From NCBI GenBank assembly GCA_002104945.1, contig MCFH01000038.1, positions 1 through 64,000 of the forward strand: DNA of 64,000 bases. Reading direction: 5' to 3'. Both the position numbers and the translations under genes were made by a program. Shown piece by piece: positions 46,772 through 59,002 of the stretch (positions are counted from its first letter, which is position 1; each line of letters starts with the position of its first letter). This stretch comes from Piromyces finnis finn. Lineage: Eukaryota; Fungi; Neocallimastigomycota. The notes beneath the pieces were generated by a model, which worked only from the letters and a program-made list of their open reading frames with translations, made no database searches and was not told the DNA's origin.

Positions 46772-47647
46772 ATGATATTAGATGAAAATATAAAATTAAA
46801 TAACGGTGTTGAAATTCCAACTCTCGGTCTTGGAACATGGTTACTTGAAAATGATAAAGCTTGTGAAGTTGTTTCCACAGCTTTAAAACTTGGATATCGT
46901 CATATTGATACAGCTGAAGCTTATGATAATGAAAAGGGTGTTGGTGAAGGTATTCGAGCTTCTGGTATTCCAAGAGAAAAAATTTTCCTTACTACTAAGC
47001 TTGCAGCAGAAATAAAAGATTATGAAAAAGCTAAAAAAGCTATTCAAAAATCTTTAGACGATTTACAAGTTGATTATATTGATTTAATGATTATTCATTC
47101 ACCACAACCATGGGATATTTTCAGAGATGGTAATCATTATGAAGAAGGTAATTTAGCTGCTTGGAAAGCTTTAGAAGATTTTTACAAATTAGGTAAAATC
47201 AGAGCCATTGGTGTTTCTAACTTTGAAAAAGTTGATATTGAAAATATTTTAGCCCATGGTACTGTTAAACCAGCAGTTAATCAAATTTTAGTACATGTCT
47301 CAAATACACCATTTGAACTTATTAAGTACTGTGAAAGCCAAGGAATTGCTGTTGAAGCATACTCTCCAATTGGTCACGGTGAAATTCTTAAAAATCCTGT
47401 TTTAGTTGATATGGCTAAGAAATATAATGTTTCTGTTCCTCAATTATGTATTCGTTACACACTCCAACTTGGTTTTATTTCTCTTCCAAAAACTACAAAC
47501 CCAAGTCACATGAAGAATAATGCTGATGTTGATTTTACTATTTCTGATGAAGATATGGAAATTTTAAAGAATGTTGAACGCATTAAGGATTATGGTGACA
47601 CAATGAAATATTCTGGATTCCGTAGATTAGTTGAAAATCATAAATAA
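46772..47647 (+). CDS. Aldo/keto reductase (2,5-diketo-D-gluconate reductase-like), intronless
   Basis: GLGTW, GYRHIDTAEAY, TTKL, DYIDLMIIHSP, IRAIGVSNF, NQI, EAYSP, LPKT motifs. Confidence 0.95.
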   Translation: MILDENIKLNNGVEIPTLGLGTWLLENDKACEVVSTALKLGYRHIDTAEAYDNEKGVGEGIRASGIPREKIFLTTKLAAEIKDYEKAKKAIQKSLDDLQVDYIDLMIIHSPQPWDIFRDGNHYEEGNLAAWKALEDFYKLGKIRAIGVSNFEKVDIENILAHGTVKPAVNQILVHVSNTPFELIKYCESQGIAVEAYSPIGHGEILKNPVLVDMAKKYNVSVPQLCIRYTLQLGFISLPKTTNPSHMKNNADVDFTISDEDMEILKNVERIKDYGDTMKYSGFRRLVENHK

Positions 47648-47997
47648 GATATTTAATAATAAAATGCACATTTTATATTTAATTTAAAAAAAAAAAAAAA
47701 TTAAAAATGTTGGTATGAAATACAACAAGAAATAATGGAATAAATAAATTATAGAGTATAAATATTTTAATGGGAATTATTTTCCTTCAAATTAAATTTT
47801 TTTATAAATATATTTGATTTGTATCGTATATGTTATAATTATTAAAAAGCTATCAAATAAATAAATGAAAAAATTAAGTAATAAAAATAAATATAACTTC
47901 TTTCATTATAAAATATATAATTTTGTTTTTTATTTATTTATTTATTTATTTATTTTTTCATTCTATTATAATTTAATTAATTTTAATTATAGTAAAG

Positions 47998-48094
47998 TTT
48001 GTCATGAAATAATAGTTTATTTTTTACAACATAATAGTATTAATACTTAGAGAAATAATAAAATAAAGTATTAATACTATTATTTCATGACAAA
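47998..48094. repeat. 97-bp element with perfect 19-bp inverted repeats
   Basis: TTTGTCATGAAATAATAGT (47998-48016) / ACTATTATTTCATGACAAA (48076-48094). Confidence 0.8.
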
Positions 48095-48646
48095 GGCAAA
48101 GTATTAAATGACTAATATATCGTGTGGTTAATGACAATTTCGAAAATAATTTTAATAATGGAGAATCTTAAATTTTAATATACTTTTTTAACAATAATAA
48201 TAATGTTATTTTTTATTTTATAAGATATTTATAATTAATAACCTTTATTAATTATATATATATATATATATTTTAGGAAGGATTATGAATAAAAAAAGTC
48301 TAAATATTAATTTATATATATATATATATTTATTAAACTTCATATATAATTTTATTTATTAATTTTTTTATTATAGATAAAATAATTCATATGAAAATCT
48401 TTTAACTGAAAAAAAAAGTTTAGGAAAATTAGCTAAATAAAATATAAATAAATAGTATTTATTGTATTAATTAATTGAAAATGCTATTTAAAAAATTAAT
48501 ACGTTATTTATATATATATGAATGTATAATTAAAAAAAAGATTGATTATATGAAAAAAATAATAATACTTTTCTGTTATAAAAATTTTGAATATAAATTA
48601 GAAGTATATAATAAATATATAATTAATATTAAAAGGATTAAAAAAA

Positions 48647-49522
48647 ATGAATAAGAATTCACCAGATTCTGGGACATGCAATAATAAATATTATTCCAAC
48701 TTTTTTGAAGGGATAAATTATCAAACAAAGGATACATTTTTCTTTGCTTTTATCATTCAATTTATATTGGTTTCATTAATGTATTTTTTTGTGGGTGCTG
48801 GAAAGTATTGGAAAGTATTGTATTATACATCGATTGCTGGATTGATTGGTTCAATAATTGAGAATTTTACTTTAGCATATATATGTCAGGAAAGTCAATT
48901 GGATAATAATAGTGAGGTATATACTTTTTTCATTTCAGAAATATTTTGGATAATAAACGAATTTGCAGTACCAATTTTAAATATAATAAAAATAGAAACG
49001 TTATCAAATGGAAAAGTAGCAATAATAATAAGGTATATTATTTTGATTCTTTCAATTCCATTTTCTGTGACAAGATTTTATATTGGCTATGATCGAATGA
49101 TAAAAGGTTATTTAAATACTAATGTATCTAGAATTGGGCACGGGATAGCATTCGGAATCTTAGGAGTATCTGATTCTATTTGTTCCATTTTTATAATATT
49201 CTTCTCTAGGTATAAACATAAAACAAGTATAATTCGTAATAGCAAAATTTCAAATTTAATGAAAATTTCAGGATTTACAATATTATTAATTGTAGATTTT
49301 GTTAGTATCGTACTTTCAATCTTATATATTATTAGTACAATTTTCCCCAATAATAAAAATTTAGAAAGTTCAACTACCCTATTTCATTGCTTAAAATCAG
49401 TTTTTATATTAATTTTGGCAACAGATGCACTTATGTTTAAATACAGTGCAGTTGGTACATACTCATTTGAAATTGGTAATAGCACTTCCATAAGTATAAG
49501 TACTACAAGTAGACAATATTAA
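48647..49522 (+). CDS. Predicted seven-transmembrane protein, function unknown
   Basis: 291-aa intronless ORF with about seven hydrophobic segments by eye, a short N-terminus and a Ser/Thr-rich tail. Confidence 0.75.
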   Translation: MNKNSPDSGTCNNKYYSNFFEGINYQTKDTFFFAFIIQFILVSLMYFFVGAGKYWKVLYYTSIAGLIGSIIENFTLAYICQESQLDNNSEVYTFFISEIFWIINEFAVPILNIIKIETLSNGKVAIIIRYIILILSIPFSVTRFYIGYDRMIKGYLNTNVSRIGHGIAFGILGVSDSICSIFIIFFSRYKHKTSIIRNSKISNLMKISGFTILLIVDFVSIVLSILYIISTIFPNNKNLESSTTLFHCLKSVFILILATDALMFKYSAVGTYSFEIGNSTSISISTTSRQY

Positions 49523-50887
49523 ATTTATATTTATAGCATGTTTAAATTATCATAAAAATAAAATAATAAATAACAACAGAGTAATTATTTCATTAATATT
49601 ATAAAAATATAGAAAAAAAATAATAATATTTATAAAAATAATAAAAATTTTTAATATCTAAATGCATAATTCGAATTTTATAAAATGAGTAAAATTGGAA
49701 GAATAAGGATTAATTAGAATACCATAATAATAGATAATAGATAAAAATTTCAAGAATTATATACAAAATACAATAAATTCTTTTTATTGTTATGATAAAT
49801 ATTTTATCTAACTTATTATTATATTTAATTAAAATGAAAATATATATTAAAAAAAAGATAATATAAAAAAATGAATATATATCATTTTATATATTTAATA
49901 TATTAAATTATTAAAATGATATAATTAAAGATATGAAATATCTCTCATATAATAAGAAAAAAAAATATGAAACTCATTTTAAAACATTAGCATTAGTAAA
50001 TAATTAATACCATTTAAAAGAAATATTAATATATAATATTCATTCATAAACTAATATATATATATATATATTATATTACATGCTTTATAGAAAAATTATT
50101 TAAAAGTTATAAAATTAATTCAACAATATTATGGTTAACAAATTTTCACAATCAATAATTATTTTTATATATAAATATATATCATAAAAAAAAAACTTTA
50201 ACAAATAAAGTAGCATTATAAAATCTAATTTATGAAAATATTTAAATATTTTTTTTATATTTTAGTATGTTTATCATGAATTAAAAATTGTAAAATATTT
50301 GTAAATATTAACTTAATTTATATGCGTGTATTTTGTTATTAATGCATTTATTTATGAGGCATATATATAAGAAATAATAAATATTTATTTATTAGTAATT
50401 TCTAAAATTATTAAATAAATAGTTTTGTAAAGATTTTCTAACATAAAATAATGATTATAATAATATTGTTAAATTTCGAAAATAAAGTATATCCTTTCTA
50501 CTTTATGCAATATATTATATAATAAATATATGAAAAAACATTTAATTACAATTTTTATGATTACTAATAAAACATTTTTTATAAATCATGATAATCTTAC
50601 TATTTTTATAAAAATAATAATTATTATTATGAATTTAATATAATGTTATTTCTTTTTATATCTTTATTAATCTATAGTAATTTATATTAGCTATTTAAAA
50701 TTATATATCATTACTGATTTTTTTTATTTATTAATTATTATTAAAAAGTTATATATATGTGTATATTTATAATAAATACTAAAATTTATATTTTATTTTT
50801 AAATGAATATATTTAATTGGAATTGTTATGAAATAATATAGATAAATAAATAGAATAGAACTTTAAAAAATTTTCTAATAAGAATAT

Positions 50888-52064
50888 TTATTTTTTATTA
50901 AATAATTGATATATATACATAGGTGAATTAAAGGGCGACGTGCTGTTTTTATTATTAATATCTGTATTAGATGTAATGTTATTTATAATATGATATGAAG
51001 ATGATGGAGGAAGATTACTTAATAAATTTGATGAACTTAAAGGGTGAGTGTTAATTAATGTATTACTTGAATTAATATTATCTTGAGGATCAATTATTGA
51101 ACTAGATAAAATCATTTTATTTAAATTGTTTGTGTATTCAAATGAATTGCATAAAATAAGATTATTTGAATTTAATTCATTATTATGACTCGTAGTATTA
51201 ATTATTAATGGAAAAGTAGTAGTATTTATTAAGGTAGGATTAGAAGTGTTAGTTATGATTGTGTTAGTAGCATTTAAAGCAGGCATATTACAATTAATAT
51301 TATTAATGGTATTTATAGGTATATATTTTTGATTTGAAATATTAAATTCATTATTTCCTGAAAAGGAAGTATCACATCTGTTATTAGTAATGGAATTACA
51401 AAAATAATTATTCTGAGTTGGAATATTTTCATTTTTATTATTTTGAATTATTTCAAAATTTTGGCTATTATTATTATTATTATTATTAATTAAATATGAA
51501 GCATTATCATTTTTTAACTGTTTTATTTTCTTTTTTTTTGAATAATACTTTAATGATTTTTCTACTTTATTAATGATATCATCTTCATAATGACAAATAT
51601 GTGAGTATCTTTTATCTAAACAAAGTTCTTTCCATATTTTAGTTATATGTGAACTATTAATATTATCTGGTTGATTATTTGATTTCTTAAGAACAGCTTC
51701 CCAAAGTAATTTCATTTGTTGTGGTGTTTTAGCATAAGTATATAATGTTCTACATATACGTTCATAACCTATAGATAATATATTATTAATAATTTAATTT
51801 AATTAATATATTAATAATATTAATAAACTCTTTATTTTTTATTCTTAATACTATACTTGGTTGAATTTTAAAGTCCGTAAGTTGGTCAATGACTTTAGCA
51901 GCTACTAACAATCGATATGATTCTGTTTTATTATTTTAATTTTTTAATATTATTTATAAATGCCTTTTTTATGTATATATTTATATCATATAGTATATTC
52001 ATTCAATACATACGTGCTCTAATATTTAAAATTAACAGTTAAATATTAAATATTTGTTAGACTA

Positions 52065-52158
<94 letters not shown>

Positions 52159-52354
52159 TATTATTTATTATTTATTATTTATTATTATCAATTTACTTTG
52201 AAATATTCCATTTTTTCTTTATATATTCATCATAAGAACAGCCTTCTTTTAAATATTCTTTGTTATCAATAGATTTTTGAATTTCTTTTACCATTATTCT
52301 AAACCTATTTTGTTTTTCAATGTAAGCATATAAATTTGTATTACTTCCTGCCAT
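50888..52354 (-). CDS. Spliced hypothetical protein, about 369 aa (exons 52354-52197, 52018-52014, 51922-51857, 51768-50888); N-terminal conserved-looking domain plus Asn/Ser-rich tail
   Basis: GT-AG introns whose phases give one continuous frame: ...YDEYIKKKWNISKAQSYRLLVAAKVIDQLTDFKIQPSYERICRTLY... A further upstream exon is possible (TAG at 52362-52360). Confidence 0.75.
52066..52160. repeat. (ATT)n microsatellite inside an intron
   Basis: About 30 ATT copies. Confidence 0.95.
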
Positions 52355-53335
52355 TTTTTCTATAGTTTAGTATCATTTATTACTAAGTGAGAATAATTTT
52401 TAGTTTTATGAATAGTTTTGATTAAGTGAAATATAAGGAAATTTGAAAAAATAAAAAAAGGATAATTCATTCACTTTTATATTTAATATTAATAATATAA
52501 ATAAGATTTAATAATAGAGGAATTAATACAATGGAGATTTATTATCCAATTAGTTATAATTTGAAATAATTATTTCTTCAAACCCAAACTTAATTAAATA
52601 TATATTTTCAATAACAAATACAAAAATATATTAAAATTGTATTAAATATTTATATAATATTTATTTATTTTTAATATATAGACTTTTTAATCTCCGTTAA
52701 AAGTTTTTTTTTTTTTTATAATAAACAATTAACTAATATGAATAATTATATATATTTAATGGTAAATTAAATTTATTGTGAAACATTAAAATTTGTAAAT
52801 TTTAATAAAATTAATTACAAATTAACAAATCATGGAAAAAAAAGTTATTTATTAAATAAAAATATAATTAAAACTAGGAAAATAAAATTTTTTAAACATT
52901 TTTTAATCACTAATAATAAAGTTTTATTATTCATAAATATTAAAAATATAATAAAATAAATTTATTTTATTTACTATTAATTATTTATTTTTACATTATT
53001 TAATTTTTACTTATTAATTAATTGTATAGAAAGTATAATTTTATTTAATCTTATATAAATATTTATTTCTATTATAATTAAAATGTAGCTCTTTTCAATG
53101 TATAAGACGCTATTATATACTTGTATTATGATAATACTAAATATCAATAAGTATTAATAATAAATAAATACAAAATAATAAATAAATTTATTATACAAAT
53201 ATTTATTATATAGTATTAGTGTTATATAATGATATAATTATTAATATAAATATAATAAATATTTTATATTTTTTTAATAAAATAATGTTAAACTAACATT
53301 ACTAATTCTTTAAATTTTCACTTTTAAAATAAGAC

Positions 53336-53407
53336 AGGGGCGTTCCGGATTTGAACCGAAGACCTATTGATCTGCAGTCAATTGCTCTACCGCTGAGCTA
53401 ACACCCC
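53336..53407 (-). tRNA. tRNA-Cys (GCA)
   Basis: GGGGTGTTAGCTCAGCGGTAGAGCAATTGACTGCAGATCAATAGGTCTTCGGTTCAAATCCGGAACGCCCCT folds to a cloverleaf with GCA anticodon and U73. Confidence 0.97.
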
Positions 53408-54156
53408 AATTGTCAATTTTTCTGATAAATAATTAAATTTATAAATTATGAATTTATAATAATAATAATAATTGTCAAAATCACAATTCATGAAATTTGA
53501 CATTTCATGAAATTTCATAATTTTGAATTATTAGTTAAATTAATTAAAATATTAATTTAATAATATTTTATTAATAATAGTTTATTTAATATAAATATTA
53601 ATTGGAAAGCTATTTATTATCCGGAGATAAATAGTGTAACAATTAATTAATATTAAACAAACCAATTAGTAAAATAAGATTCATTTAAATAATTATTAAT
53701 ATTATTTTTAACAACTTATTAATATCGATATTTAAAGAAAATTATATTATTATTACTATTATATTTTATTAATATTTATATTTATATTATTATACATGTA
53801 TAACTTAAATTATATTATTATTATACTTTATTAATATCAACATTATATTAAAAATGAAGTATAAATAAGTTGAATAAAGAACAACTTTAAGAAGTTCTTT
53901 GTGAGATTATTATACTCATTTTTATATAGTAAATTCAATAATTAAAATTGATAATTATCATTTATTTATATTATAAAAATTAAATAAAATAATTAAAAAA
54001 AAAAAAAAAAAACTATATCTATTATTCTTTTATTTATAAAATTTTATTATTTACTATATAATTAAGCCTATCCTAACCTAGTAGACTTAATTATAATTCT
54101 AAATCCACTCTAACTCTTGACAATAATCTCACCTTAACTTTGGTTACTACCTTAGG

Positions 54157-55260
54157 ATGGCAGAACAAAACTTTGCTAGCTCTTGGCAAACTATGGATGA
54201 AGTTAATCAACTCCGCGAAGATGCTAAAACTACTGCTGTAGACATTATGAACAGCGTTCAAGAAAACTTTGCTACTATTAGCCAAGTTAAAGATTTTGAA
54301 AAACATATTGAATCTCAGTTCCAAGAAATTAAAAGAAATACTGCTAATTTCGCACAAGTTTTGGAATCGGTCTCTAACAATATCAACACCATTCAAGAGT
54401 ATTTAAATAAGAATGGAAAACCAAGTGGTGGTCAGCCAGACCTAACCCCTTCAGTTGCCCCATCTACATCTACAAAATATGATTTGGATTTTGATGTAAT
54501 AATGAGGTCAAAATATTCCACTCCAATAAATCAAGTTCCAGATCCAGGTCTTTTTTCTGGTGATCCTCATGAAACAGAACTATTCTGTCAAATTTGTGAA
54601 GATACTTTTAGCACTTATCCTAATAAACATATGATGGAAGAAGCTAAAATTAATTTTGTTAAAACAAGATTAAGAGGAATTGCTAGAACTTGGTATTTAA
54701 CAAGATACAATGGAAACACTCATCCTTCTACTATGTTTGAATTATTAGTAGAATTAAAAAATGCTTTTCCAAATGTTTCAAGCCGCAAATTAGCCAAGAT
54801 TAAGCTAAGTAAATTGAAACAAACATATGGAAAAATTAATGAATATATGGAAGAATTTAGATCATATATTCAATATTTTAACTGGGATCAAGAAGCTGTT
54901 ACTCTTATGTTTTATACTGGCCTTCATCCTAAATATCAAGAAGATATTGAAAAATTAGACGACTTTCCTACTACTCTTGAAGCTATTTTTACAAGATGTA
55001 TTTTATTTGAACAAAATAATGTTTCAAATAAAAAGTTAAACCAAATTAATAATAAAAGTCATGGAAGAAAAAATTCCTTTTATAATAATAATAACAATAA
55101 TTATAATAATAATAGAAACAATTATCAAAAATATCACAATAATAATAATAACAATAATAATTTAAAATCTAATTATTCAACTAATAATAATAGTGGTAAT
55201 AATAATAATAATAATTATTCCACTACAAAAACCCAAAAAATTTCTTCAAAAAATTTTTAA
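54157..55260 (+). CDS. gag: Gag of B
   Basis: 367 aa, homologous to the A and C Gags, with an Asn-rich tail. Confidence 0.92.
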   Translation: MAEQNFASSWQTMDEVNQLREDAKTTAVDIMNSVQENFATISQVKDFEKHIESQFQEIKRNTANFAQVLESVSNNINTIQEYLNKNGKPSGGQPDLTPSVAPSTSTKYDLDFDVIMRSKYSTPINQVPDPGLFSGDPHETELFCQICEDTFSTYPNKHMMEEAKINFVKTRLRGIARTWYLTRYNGNTHPSTMFELLVELKNAFPNVSSRKLAKIKLSKLKQTYGKINEYMEEFRSYIQYFNWDQEAVTLMFYTGLHPKYQEDIEKLDDFPTTLEAIFTRCILFEQNNVSNKKLNQINNKSHGRKNSFYNNNNNNYNNNRNNYQKYHNNNNNNNNLKSNYSTNNNSGNNNNNNYSTTKTQKISSKNF

Positions 55261-58200
55261 ACAATGAACACCATGAGACGTCAATGGATGTTCATAATAC
55301 ACCAAAAATAATTTATTATAATTTCCCATCTCTAGAGAACAAAGAAAATCCCAATCTAAATTCATTTTTAACCTTTAATTCATATATTCCTAAAGAATTT
55401 TTAAATAATAACTCTAATTTTATTACTAATTCCCCAATAACCTGTATTTCAATGCTTGATTCAGGTTCTTCATGTAACTTTATTTCTACTATATTTGTAG
55501 AAAAATATAATTTAATTAAAAGAAAATTAAAAAACAAATTGATTATAAAAGGTATTAGTGGGTTTACTACTGATATCAATGAATATGTTTATTTAAAATT
55601 TCAATTAAAGGTTTTTATCAAAAACAAATTTTATTTTATATCTTTTAAAGAAAAATTTTTAATTTCAGAACATATTCCTATGGATTTATTATTTGGAAGT
55701 AAATTCATGAAAAAATTTGATATTCATTTTAACTATAAAAATAATCACTTATATTGTAATAATTCTAAACACTTCAATAATAAGAATTTAAAAAATTTTT
55801 CAAAAAATTTAAAAATTTCTCATTCTAAAAATGATTTTAATAATTCATCTTCCGATAGTTCTAATAATAATTCTACTAAATTCTCTCATAAATCTAATTC
55901 TCAAATTAAAGATTATAATTCTACGTCTTTTAATAAGAGTGATATCAATTATTTTATCCATTCTTTTTTATCTGAAAATGTCGAAAATTTTGAAGATGAT
56001 GAAGAAAATGACCTAACCCTTATCATGGATGAAATCCCTAATGAATATAAAGACCTTGCTGTTGTTTTCAGTAAATCAAAAGCTGATAAGTTACCACCAC
56101 ACCGTTTAACTGATTGTAAAATAGTCCTAGAAAATGACGCCACTTTACATTATGGACCTATCTATCCTTTATCAAGACAAGAGGAAGAAGCCTTACAAGA
56201 ATATATTAATGAAAATCTTAAAAAAGGTTTTATTAGGCCCTCTGAATCTCCTGCAGGTTATCCTGTTGTTTTCCAGAAGAAAAAAGATGGCTCATTAAGG
56301 GTTTGTATTGATTACAAAAAGTTAAACGCTGTAACAGTAAGGAATTCGTACCCTTTACCTTTAATTTCAGATATCATTGAAAGGGTTAGGGGTTCAAAAA
56401 TTTTCACTAAATTGGACTTGAGATCAGCTTATAATTTGATAAGAATAAAAGAAGGTGACGAATATAAGACCGCTTTTAGAACAAAGTTTGGTCATTACGA
56501 ATATTTAGTAATGCCATATGGATTAAAAAATGCTCCAGCAACATTTCAATCATTCATAAATTCAATATTACGTGAATATTTGGATAAATTTGTTATTTTA
56601 TACATGGATGATATTTTAATTTTCTCGGAAAATCTCAACGATCATATCAACCATGTAAGATCTGTTTTAGATAAATTAATACAAAACAACTTATATGCAA
56701 AATTTGAAAAATGCGAATTTCATAAAAATGAAGTTGAATTCTTAGGTTTCACTATCTCAGGTAATGGTATCTCTACTGATCCAAAGAAGATCGAAGCTAT
56801 TAAAGAATGGCCTAGACCAAAATGTGTTAAAGATGTTCAACGCTTTCTTGGTCTTTGTAATTATTATAGAAGGTTTGTTAATAATTTTGCCAAAATCGCC
56901 AAACCTTTACATAATTTAACTAGGAAAAATGTTAAGTTTCATTGGAATAAGATATGTAATGATGCTTTCGTAAATTTACAAAATAAATTAATTACCTCTC
57001 CCGTTTTAGTTTTTCCTGACACTAATAGGCCGTTTATAGTAGAATGTGATGCCAGCAATTTCGCAATAGGTTCCGTTTTATCTCAATATGATGATGATAA
57101 AAAACTACATCCTGTTGCTTATTTTTCCAGAAGTTTAAATGATACAGAAAGGAACTATTCTATTACAGATAAAGAACTTCTTTCTATTAAATCTGCTTTT
57201 TCGGCTTGGCGACATCTACTTTTAGGTGCTAAATTTAAAGTAAAAGTTTATACAGACCACCGCAATTTACTTTATACTTTAGGTGGAAAAATTCAAAATC
57301 AACGTCAACATCGTTGGCATCTCTTCTTTCAAGAATATGATTTTGAATTAATTTATCGCCAAGGAAGAAAAAATGGTAAGCCAGATAGTCTCTCTAGAAG
57401 ACCTGATTATAATTCTGGTAATGAACAAATAAAACCTGAGCATATTTTAGATATAAAAAATGTTAAAAACATTCCATGTTTTGTGGGAATTCTTAGTGAC
57501 TTTATTGATAAAGTTATCGAATATACTAAAACAGATAATACTGCAAACGATATTAGATTATATTTTGCACCAAATAATGCTAATCAAGGTTATTTTTATA
57601 GACCTTTTAGAAAAATGAATAAATTCAAGATTCAAAATAATATGATTCTTTATAATAATTTAATATATATTCCTGAAGCTTTAAGATTAGAAGTACTTAT
57701 GCGATACCATGAAAATCCTGCTGCTGGTCATTTGGGTATTAAAAGAACTGAAGAATTAATTACTAGAAACTATTGGTGGCCAAAAATTCATAAAGATGTA
57801 ACTGAATTTGTTAATTCTTGTGAAACTTGTACTAGAAACAAATTCAATAAACACAAAAAATATGGTCCTTTACAACCTTTAGAAACTCCTGATAGACCAT
57901 GGCGTTCTGTTGAAATTGACTTTTTATGTGGTTTACCTGATTCTAAAGGATATACTGTTCTAATGGTTACTGTAGATAGATTTTCAAAAATGATTCATTT
58001 AGTTCCTTTTAAGAAAATACCCGATGCTAAACAAACAGCTACAGCTTTTATTAAAAATATATTCAAACTTCATGGATTGCCTTCTGATATTTATACTGAT
58101 CGTGGTTCTCAATTTACTAGTGATCTTTGGAATAGTTTAATGGAAGAACTTAAAGTTAAAACTAAAATTGCTACCACTGATCATCATGAAACGGTCGGGC

Positions 58201-58964
58201 AAGTTGAAAGATGTAACTCTTTTATTGAACAATATCTCCGCTGTTATTCAAAGTCCTATTATCATGATGACTGGGTTGAATGGATTCACTTAGCCGAATT
58301 TGTTTATAACAATTCTATTAATGAGTCTACCAAACAAAGTCCTTTCTTTATTAACTATGGATTCCACCCTCCTGTTGATGATGTTTTCCTTTATGACAAA
58401 TCCTATACTAATAATAATTTTATTAGAAATGTTTGTGATAATTTTAATTATGTTAAAGAAGTTTTATTTAGAGCCAAGGATTTATATAAAAAACATGCCG
58501 ATAAGAAAAGAATGTCACCCCCTATATTTAAAGTTGGTGATAAAGTTTGGATTCAAGCTCCACCATCCTTTTCTACGGAAGAAACTCCAAAACTCTCTCC
58601 TTGTAAATATGGACCCTATAAAGTTCTAGATGTTTTGGAAAATAACAATTATAAAATAGATATACACAACTCTCCTTTCCCAAAACATCATCCAATCTTC
58701 CATATTTCGGAACTTGAACCTTTTATTCCTACCCCTTCAAGATTTTTATCAAGATCAAAGGATTCCGAATCAATTAAAGACATCATTGAAATTGCGGGAT
58801 TTCGTACTAATTATAAACTTAAACGGTATGAATACAAAATTAGATATAAATACCGTTCTCAATATAATTGGGTTCCTTCTAGTGAAGTCGAAGATAACCC
58901 AAGGAATCAAAATATATTTTTATTATATTTAAAGAATAACAGGAAGCCTATTGATATCGCTTAT

Positions 58965-58970
<6 letters not shown>
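55251..58970 (+). CDS. pol: Pol of B (-1 frame) with chromodomain-like C-terminus
   Basis: MLDSGS, YMDDILIF, ECDAS, HENP..GH/CETC, TDRGSQF, GPY motif, YEYKIRYK...NWVP tail. Slippery A AAU UUU at 55251-55257. Confidence 0.95.

Positions 58971-59002
<32 letters not shown>

Noticed and set aside
52054-52272. Poly-Ile ORF
   Set aside because: It is a translation of the intronic (ATT)n microsatellite.
53411-53472. LTR remnant starting TGTCA 3 nt from tRNA-Cys
   Set aside because: Similarity to the B/C LTRs ends after 5-6 nt, with no CA end or TSD.
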